In this document: positions 1-6,304 of the stretch, piece by piece | Numbering within the stretch: position 1 is the stretch's first letter | Layout: the number at the start of each line of letters is the position of its first letter | DNA from: Coleofasciculus chthonoplastes F2-STO-03 | GTDB taxonomy: Bacteria > Cyanobacteriota > Cyanobacteriia > Cyanobacteriales > Coleofasciculaceae | Direction: 5' to 3' | DNA length: 13,341 nucleotides | Assembly: GCA_040222015.1 (NCBI GenBank) | Contig: JAVJWO010000034.1 | Span: forward strand, 1-13,341 | Translations under genes and position numbers: made by a program | Notes under the pieces: generated by a model | The model's database searches: none | Seen by the model: only the letters and a program-made list of their open reading frames with translations | What the model was told of the DNA's origin: nothing

Positions 1-140
1 GCAACGCTTCGCTAATCCCATACCTCATCCGGTGGTCTTCATCTGTCAATAAGGATGTCAATAAGACTTTATCTTTGGAGATATTGATGTCGCTCAAAGC
101 CTTACTTTCAAGAGTTTAAGACTGCTTGTCACCCCTTCAG
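1..140 (-). mobile_element. Possible terminus of an IS4-like element or MITE (end reads CTGAAGGGGTGACAAG on the minus strand)
   Basis: 125-140 CTTGTCACCCCTTCAG resembles, from recollection only, terminal repeats of cyanobacterial IS4-family elements. It directly abuts a REP-like element that lacks its left arm. The other end is not in the window. Confidence 0.25.
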
Positions 141-180
141 GGTTGCAACCGAAAAGATAGTAGTGAAACCCGCCCCGACA
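141..180. repeat. Truncated REP-like element (right arm AAACCCGCCCCGAC only)
   Basis: 166-179 matches the AAACCCGCCCCTAC arm of the elements at 3904-4097 and 6111-6173 with one mismatch. No GGGCGGGTTT partner arm upstream. Confidence 0.55.
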
Positions 181-265
181 AAATTTACACTCAGGTTGCG
201 CCAAATACCGTGAAAAGATTCAACCGAACATGAGATCCCAGGAATGGATTGGCTGTTTTTATGAG

Positions 266-290
266 AAAATGATACTTAATTTATCATTTT
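266..290. promoter_or_regulatory. AT-rich inverted repeat upstream of sufS, candidate regulator operator
   Basis: AAAATGATA-N7-TATCATTTT, perfect 9-bp arms, about 70 bp upstream of the ATG. Confidence 0.4.
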
Positions 291-360
291 TTTCCTTGGA
301 TTTCATAGCAATCAATATGAAAATTGATCTGGAACAATCTAAAGACAATTTTCAATCTGG

Positions 361-1638
361 ATGACTATGATACTTGCAACAGAACAACATCTTGCCGCCA
401 AAGTTCGGGCTGACTTCCCGATTTTGCAAGATAAGGTTAACGGTAACCCTTTAGTTTACCTAGATAATGCCTCAACCTCCCAAAAACCTTTACAAGTTCT
501 TAAGACTTGGCAGAACTACTATGAGCATACTAACGCCAACGCTCACCGAGGTATTCATACCCTAAGTTCCAAAGCCACCGAAGCCTACGAAAACGCACGG
601 CAGAAAATTGCCACATTTGTTAATGCCACATCTGCCCAAGAAATCATCTATACCCGCAACGCCACAGAAGGCATTAATTTAGTCGCCTCCACTTGGGGAG
701 GGAAAAACTTACAGCCTGGGGATGAAATCATTCTCTCGGTGATGGAACACCACAGCAATCTGATCCCGTGGCAACAGATTGCCCAACGCACAGGTGCTGT
801 GTTAAAGTTTGTCGAATTGACTGATACCCAAGAATTTAACTTGGAGCAGTTTAAAACTCTACTCTCCAATCGCACGAAACTGGTATCAATTGTTCATGTT
901 TCTAACACGTTAGGCTGTATTAACCCAATCCAAGACATTACCGCCCTGGCGCATCACTATGGTGCAAAGGTATTAATTGATGCTTGTCAAAGTACACCGC
1001 ACCTAAAACTTGATGTACAAGCGATTGATTGCGATTGGTTAGCGGCGTCGGGACACAAAATGTGCGCTCCCACAGGGATTGGTTTCCTGTATGGGAAATT
1101 AGATATCCTCAGAGAAATGCCGCCATTTTTAGGGGGAGGGAAGATGATAGCCGAGGTTTTCCTCGATCATGCCACGTATGCCGATATCCCCTACCGTTTT
1201 GAAGCCGGAACTCCCGCCACAGGCGAAGCGATCGCGCTGGGTACAGCCGTGGATTACCTCACCGCTATTGGTATGGACAAAATCCAGGCGTATGAACATG
1301 AATTGACTGCCTATTTGTTTGAGCAATTAAACACGATTCCCAGTCTCACAATCTATGGTTCTAAACCCAAAGAAGACGGGAGTGGTAGAGCCGCTTTAGC
1401 CTCATTTACCTGCGGAACGATCAACCCTTATCAGTTAGCTCAAGTGTTGGATCAGGCGGGCATTGCGATTCGGGCGGGTCAATATTGTACCCAACCCTTG
1501 CACCGGATTCTCGGTGTTCCTTGCACGGCTCGCGTAAGTCCCTATTTCTACAACACCCGCGAGGAAATTGATACATTTATTAGTGCGTTGAAAGAGGCGA
1601 TTCCATTTGTAATAGCGCTTCAATGTCAGGCAAGATAA
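361..1638 (+). CDS. sufS: SufS-family (group II) PLP-dependent cysteine desulfurase
   Basis: Motifs YLDNASTSQKP, HRG, EHHSN, SGHKM (PLP lysine), FEAGTP and a catalytic loop RAGQYCTQP. No other suf genes adjacent in the window. The start may be 361 or 367. Confidence 0.93.
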   Translation: MTMILATEQHLAAKVRADFPILQDKVNGNPLVYLDNASTSQKPLQVLKTWQNYYEHTNANAHRGIHTLSSKATEAYENARQKIATFVNATSAQEIIYTRNATEGINLVASTWGGKNLQPGDEIILSVMEHHSNLIPWQQIAQRTGAVLKFVELTDTQEFNLEQFKTLLSNRTKLVSIVHVSNTLGCINPIQDITALAHHYGAKVLIDACQSTPHLKLDVQAIDCDWLAASGHKMCAPTGIGFLYGKLDILREMPPFLGGGKMIAEVFLDHATYADIPYRFEAGTPATGEAIALGTAVDYLTAIGMDKIQAYEHELTAYLFEQLNTIPSLTIYGSKPKEDGSGRAALASFTCGTINPYQLAQVLDQAGIAIRAGQYCTQPLHRILGVPCTARVSPYFYNTREEIDTFISALKEAIPFVIALQCQAR

Positions 1639-1725
1639 AAGCCGATTCTATTCCACCATTTTAGCTATGCCACGCTACTACAACCTCCACTATTCAGGAC
1701 AAATGACATAAGACGAATAACCAAA

Positions 1726-2388
1726 TTAGAGACGATACTGGCGAATCTTTTGTTGATTCGTTTCACCAGTCTGTACCCAAAGACTAATCGGAATGGCATT
1801 TCCCCAAGCATCAACTTTAACTTCCATAACAATAGGCGGAATTTGTTGGGTTTGTTCAGGATTGGCAAGTCTTGCTGCCCGCAAATCATCATTAATCTGA
1901 TTCCGTTCGGCTTCAGCCATAGTATAATTTTCGAGTCCATACTCAATTAATCCCCGTTGGGCAATACCTCTCAAAACAACCTGATTATTGTTGAGATTGG
2001 CAGGACGTTTGAGACTAATAGAAATGGGTTCCCACGGTTGTGGTAGTCCAGGCAAACTGAGTGAAATCGGTTCTGCTAAAATTACATAAAAGTGAGTTCC
2101 TGGCTTGATAAACGTTACCGTGTTGTCATCACTTTGTTGTTTGGGTAAGGTGTTCCAGCCTGGTAAATCGCGTAATTGCTCTTGACTAGAAATGTCATAC
2201 CTCATAGTTTGAGAGTAGCCTCGCAATAGATTGTAGGGTTCTAAGGGGGCTGTTTGTAAAATGATGATTTTACCTGTGACATGAGTGTAAATCGCTTGGG
2301 CAGGCACAGCCAGGATTAAAGCTGTTTGAAATAACAAAGTGAGCCAAAATCGCCGGAAAGGGATAGAAGGGGTAGTGTCATTTGTCAT
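1726..2388 (-). CDS. GDYXXLXY-domain membrane-anchored protein
   Basis: N-terminal TM helix, then LQTAPLEPYNLLRGYSQTMRY (variant of the P.DP...RGDYxxLxY motif) and YGLENY. Lies directly downstream of a DUF2157 gene, the usual pairing. Confidence 0.85.
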   Translation of the reverse strand: MTNDTTPSIPFRRFWLTLLFQTALILAVPAQAIYTHVTGKIIILQTAPLEPYNLLRGYSQTMRYDISSQEQLRDLPGWNTLPKQQSDDNTVTFIKPGTHFYVILAEPISLSLPGLPQPWEPISISLKRPANLNNNQVVLRGIAQRGLIEYGLENYTMAEAERNQINDDLRAARLANPEQTQQIPPIVMEVKVDAWGNAIPISLWVQTGETNQQKIRQYRL

Positions 2389-2450
2389 TTGTCATTTGTC
2401 ATTTGTCATTTGTCATTTGTCATTTGTCATTTGTCATTTGTCATTTGTCA
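2376..2450. repeat. STRR heptamer tandem repeat (TGTCATT)x10.7
   Basis: Ten perfect TGTCATT units plus TGTCA. Overlaps the start codon of the GDYXXLXY gene. Confidence 0.97.
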
Positions 2451-2463
2451 GGGAATAGGGAAT

Positions 2464-3825
2464 TTATTTTGATTGTTGAGTGCGAATATAGTATTCAAAA
2501 GTTACCCCAGCCGCTATAATACCGCAACCGCACAACAAAAAAACCAGGGATTTGAATAGTAAATCGGTATTGTACTCAACCATCCGACTTAAGACTTGCA
2601 ACGTTAATAGCACCAACCCTCCCCAGAAAAAACGTCGTTGGGCTTGGGTGATTCCTTTACGGATTATACCGATAGCCAAGAATAGTAACATTAAATTGAA
2701 AATTAACACCGCTGCGATATCTAAGCCACCTGTACTTAGATGCCAATAGGGAATGACGGCGCTAATTATAATCATGAATGCCACAAAGCTAGTTGTTCGG
2801 TTGAACTGACGCCAACTATACAGCCATTCCCAAATTGTTAAGCTGATGAAGATAAACAAATTGACCCAAATATACCACGGTACATGAAAGGCGTTGTTGG
2901 CAGATGGGATAAAGGAAACGTTCCACATCCAGTAGAACGATAAGAGGGAAAATAAGAGACTCAGGAAAATAACGGACAGTGTGCGAGCTGTACTTTGAAA
3001 AGACTTAGCATTGGGAAGATACCGTCTCCAGAACCCATCCCTGTACCCCCATAACAATGCTGGCGGAAGGGCGCAAGCGATCGCGCTAACCCAGGCGGGG
3101 GCGACTAAAAGGTTGAGGCGTACTAAGTTCACCTCCAATGAATAAATCACCGCGATCGCACCGAGGCGAAATATCCACCGAGAACCACACCAGTAGGCTA
3201 AGGGAATAAACATCACACCCGCGACTACGGGCATAAATCTTACCATCAGCCGCAGCCAACCTATCTCTCCAATCGCTAAAAATTCGGGTTGTCCTTGTCC
3301 CTGAATATATCCAATTCCGATCAAAAGGGCAGAAAGTATGCCTAACCCAGTTAACCGCAAGCTATACGCCATCCCCAAGACACCAATTCCCCAAAGCAGC
3401 AGCAATTGGTAAGCGGGTCTATTTTGCTGAAAGAGTTGGGATATCAGCGCCATATTTACCCCCAATATTAGCGCCCCAAGCATCAGCAATACTTGTCCTA
3501 AACGGCGTTGTCCTCCTTTAGGACGTTGCCACAAAACAAAGCCTGCTGTATTAAATCCAATAAACAGCAGCAAGAGTAACGCTACTTTCAACTCTCGCGA
3601 CCAAACTTGCCAGTTAGCGGCGAAAAACGCGATCGCGCCTACGCCTAAAAGGATACTGCCGATCAGCAGCAGAATCGAGACAAATTGGTTACGGGAAGCC
3701 GTTTCGAGTTCCCCAAATTGGTAGCGTTGGGCTAGTTGTTCATAGACAGAGGCATCAATTAACCCCTCACTTTGCCATTGCTGGGCTTCTTGACGCAACT
3801 GACGACGAAACTTCTGGGAAGGCAT
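2464..3825 (-). CDS. DUF2157-domain polytopic membrane protein
   Basis: N-terminal W.SEGLID....QL..RY, G..LLG.G.I.F.AANW and LISQ.F motifs, with many hydrophobic helices. Confidence 0.88.
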   Translation of the reverse strand: MPSQKFRRQLRQEAQQWQSEGLIDASVYEQLAQRYQFGELETASRNQFVSILLLIGSILLGVGAIAFFAANWQVWSRELKVALLLLLFIGFNTAGFVLWQRPKGGQRRLGQVLLMLGALILGVNMALISQLFQQNRPAYQLLLLWGIGVLGMAYSLRLTGLGILSALLIGIGYIQGQGQPEFLAIGEIGWLRLMVRFMPVVAGVMFIPLAYWCGSRWIFRLGAIAVIYSLEVNLVRLNLLVAPAWVSAIACALPPALLWGYRDGFWRRYLPNAKSFQSTARTLSVIFLSLLFSLLSFYWMWNVSFIPSANNAFHVPWYIWVNLFIFISLTIWEWLYSWRQFNRTTSFVAFMIIISAVIPYWHLSTGGLDIAAVLIFNLMLLFLAIGIIRKGITQAQRRFFWGGLVLLTLQVLSRMVEYNTDLLFKSLVFLLCGCGIIAAGVTFEYYIRTQQSK

Positions 3826-3903
3826 ATTAGCATTTTAGTCCGGTTCCACCTCTTAAAATGTTGTAACATTTCACACATTCAAGCTACGTCAATCCTATGG
3901 AAA

Positions 3904-4097
3904 GGGCGGGTTTTGTACTCCCGTTAGGATCAATTATCAATGTTAGTCCCTAAACCCGCCCCTACAGAAGGGTCAATTATCAATATTAGTCCCTAAACCC
4001 GCCCCTACAGAAGGGTCAATTATCAATATTAGTTCCTAAACCCGCCCCTACAGAAGGGTCAATTATCAATATTAGTTCCTAAACCCACCCCTACAGA
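3904..4097. repeat. REP-like element with 4 tandem 43-bp units
   Basis: Left arm GGGCGGGTTT at 3904-3913. Units at 3928-3970, 3971-4013, 4014-4056 and 4057-4097 (last one partial), consensus GGTCAATTATCAATATTAGTYCCTAAACCCGCCCCTACAGAAG. Confidence 0.95.
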
Positions 4098-4163
4098 TAC
4101 TACCTAAATCTAGGTGAAATCAAGATGAAAATGGGATTGTTATTATGACCCATTAATTATGAT

Positions 4164-5285
4164 TTATGACTTTTTCAAATAAAGTTTTCGGGCATTGTCA
4201 CAGAGAATCGCATAAGCCACTGATTCTGCTTCCTTCGCCGTCAAATCCCCATCGTGAATCGCCCCATCTAACACCCAACTTAGCACCTCTCGCCCCCATT
4301 TTGCGCCCAAATAGTATAATTCTGGGATATTGTGGGCGTCGGAGGAATACATCAGTTTACTGGTTGGCGTCAGTTCTAACAATTGCTGAATTGTTCGACG
4401 CATTCCAGCACCACTCAAAAACGGAACGGCTAATCCAAAATCTAGATAGACTTGAGGATAAACGGATGCTAAATATCCAGCTTCCTGACTATAGGGATAA
4501 GCCGCGTGTAGTAGGACAATGGGGACGTTTTCAAAACGTTTATCTTCAAGGAGCGATCGCAGATACAACGGATTACTCAAGCGCAGATCCAAATCTGGGT
4601 CACCAAACCCTGTATTAAATTGTATCGGTAACTGGTATTTGCCAGCAATTTCTAGGGCTTGAGTGATTATGAAATCAATGAATGGCTTGTCTGATAGGCG
4701 TAAGGATTGACTTGACGTTGGCTTGATTTCATAAAATCGTTGTTTAGCAAACTGCTTAGGTGTCCATTGAATATCTAAACCTGTTCGGTAGGCAGCAACA
4801 CTTTTAAATCCCACAATTTCAGCCGATGGTGGATCAATCTGACTCCGGAATTGTTCCCAAAATGTTTTGAAGTCATCAGTCTCTCTAATCAGCTTTTCTG
4901 CTAGATATTCCAATCTCAGAATCCGCTGCACAGGAACAAATTGCTGATGCCATTCGAGGGGCATAATATCACCGGGCAAAAAGCCATCATCGAGAAATAT
5001 TGCCTCAAGGTTAGAGGCATGAAAACATTTCTGTGTGAGTTTTTCTAACCCTAGTTGCCTGCGATGTTCAAGAATTGCGGTTTCTGTTGGCTCACAATCC
5101 AAAAGTTGAGCAATATCCCGTAAACTACGACGGTAGAACAGGCTATAACGGGCATGATGATTAACAATATCAGGGTGATACCCTTCTGTAAAAGCCGCTG
5201 TATAAGGATAACGGTTTACCGCCAAGGGGTTCAGTAGGTTGTGAGCATGTTGATCGATCGCGGCAATATCCCAGAAGTTGAGCAT
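4164..5285 (-). CDS. Amidohydrolase_2 family protein (FluG/NodGS N-terminal-like)
   Basis: IDQHAH metal motif, GFKSVAAYRTGL, QFNTGFGDPD, VLLHAAYPY and MYSSDAH. The start is placed at MLNFWD (5285) because the 34-aa extension to 5387 looks non-coding and begins inside a MITE. Confidence 0.9.
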   Translation of the reverse strand: MLNFWDIAAIDQHAHNLLNPLAVNRYPYTAAFTEGYHPDIVNHHARYSLFYRRSLRDIAQLLDCEPTETAILEHRRQLGLEKLTQKCFHASNLEAIFLDDGFLPGDIMPLEWHQQFVPVQRILRLEYLAEKLIRETDDFKTFWEQFRSQIDPPSAEIVGFKSVAAYRTGLDIQWTPKQFAKQRFYEIKPTSSQSLRLSDKPFIDFIITQALEIAGKYQLPIQFNTGFGDPDLDLRLSNPLYLRSLLEDKRFENVPIVLLHAAYPYSQEAGYLASVYPQVYLDFGLAVPFLSGAGMRRTIQQLLELTPTSKLMYSSDAHNIPELYYLGAKWGREVLSWVLDGAIHDGDLTAKEAESVAYAILCDNARKLYLKKS

Positions 5286-5375
5286 TATTTGGGGTTGATG
5301 TTTAATTTTTCGGGGTCTATTGTGAATGAATTTAGTGTAGTTTATGATAATTTTACCAGCATTTACCCTAAATAA

Positions 5376-5509
5376 GCTGTCATGCATTTAAATTGGGTAT
5401 TAGTAGCGAGCAAGATGCTCAATGTAGATGCTCAATGTAGTGAGCAAGATGCTCACTCTACGACAAGGATTTCACCCGTATTGACATTAAGCTTTAAATG
5501 CGGAACAGC
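5376..5509. mobile_element. MITE-like element with 17-bp imperfect terminal inverted repeats
   Basis: Left GCTGTCATGCATTTAAA (5376-5392) and right TTTAAATGCGGAACAGC (5493-5509) are 14/17 complementary. Internal GTAG-GAGCAAGATGCTC hairpins and a duplicated AGATGCTCAATGT. Confidence 0.7.
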
Positions 5510-5615
5510 ATAGCTTGACAGAGTACCACAATCGTGCGTTCTGACATTTGATCGAAAGGCAAGCAAAGACGATAATAAAACTCGATATTCTTTATTTCGT
5601 ACACAATGAAACACA

Positions 5616-6095
5616 ATGAAAACCTATTACCGTGACTTTTTAATTCGTGACTGGGAACCGCGCGATCGCGTCACCGCCGCTGAGGTGATTGGTTCAGTCT
5701 TGTCAGAATATGGCTTAACTTGGGAACCTAGAGGAGCCGATCGCGATGTGGTTGACGTCGAAACCTTCTATCAAACGGTTGGGGGAGAGTTTTGGGTAAT
5801 CGAATACCAAGGTAAAGTTGTAGGAACCTCGGCGTATTATCCAGTCGAACGCGGCGAAAACGCTGTAGAAATTCGTAAAATGTACCTGCTTCCAGAGTTT
5901 AGAGGACAAGGACTCGGTAAATTTTTGTTGCAACAGCTTGAACAAATAATCGCCAACCGGGGTTTCCAACAAATTTGGATTGAAACCGCCAGCGCCCTCA
6001 CAGAAGCCATCCAGCTTTATGAATGTAGTGGCTATCAGCCAACCACAGGGGTAGAGACAAAGCGGTGCGATCGCGTTTATGTTAAACAACTATAG
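5616..6095 (+). CDS. GNAT family N-acetyltransferase
   Basis: EIRKMYLLPEFRGQGLG (acetyl-CoA motif A) and IETAS.L.EAI.LYE..GY. Confidence 0.93.
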   Translation: MKTYYRDFLIRDWEPRDRVTAAEVIGSVLSEYGLTWEPRGADRDVVDVETFYQTVGGEFWVIEYQGKVVGTSAYYPVERGENAVEIRKMYLLPEFRGQGLGKFLLQQLEQIIANRGFQQIWIETASALTEAIQLYECSGYQPTTGVETKRCDRVYVKQL

Positions 6096-6110
6096 TATAG
6101 TTTTGAGTGT

Positions 6111-6173
6111 GTAGGGGCGGGCGCGAGGGACTAACTTTGATAATTGACCCTAACTGGAGTACAAAACCCGCCC
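6111..6173. repeat. GTAG-ended REP-like element, inverted copy of 3904-3965
   Basis: GTAGGGGCGGGCGCGAGGGACTAACTTTGATAATTGACCCTAACTGGAGTACAAAACCCGCCC aligns end to end with the reverse complement of 3904-3965. Confidence 0.9.
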
Positions 6174-6208
6174 TGACTGAATTTTGCATTAACTCCCATC
6201 TTCCCCAT

Positions 6209-6304
6209 CTCCCAGACGTAGCATGCTACGTCTCTACATGCTCCCCCTGCTCCCCCGGCTCCCAGACGTAGCATGCTACGTCTCTACATTGCTCCCCCGG
6301 CTCC
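6209..6304. repeat. Two direct copies of a REP-like perfect palindrome embedded in C-rich 9-mer repeats
   Basis: CTCCCAGACGTAGCATGCTACGTCTCTACAT at 6209-6239 and 6259-6289, each with a 20-bp perfect palindrome (6214-6233, 6264-6283), interspersed with GCTCCCCC(T/G) units. Confidence 0.92.

Noticed and set aside
3928..4097. CRISPR array
   Set aside because: The 43-bp units are contiguous near-identical repeats with no unique spacers, and no cas genes are nearby.
4166..4618. 150-aa plus-strand ORF and the other short ORFs overlapping real genes
   Set aside because: Shadow frames of well-supported CDSs with no motifs.
5286..5387. 34-aa N-terminal extension of the amidohydrolase
   Set aside because: The ATG lies within a MITE terminal repeat. 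Family similarity starts near MLNFWD/IDQHAH.
6209..6289. Mini-CRISPR (two palindromic 31-bp repeats)
   Set aside because: The intervening 19 nt is itself C-rich tandem repeat, and the units are REP-like palindromes.
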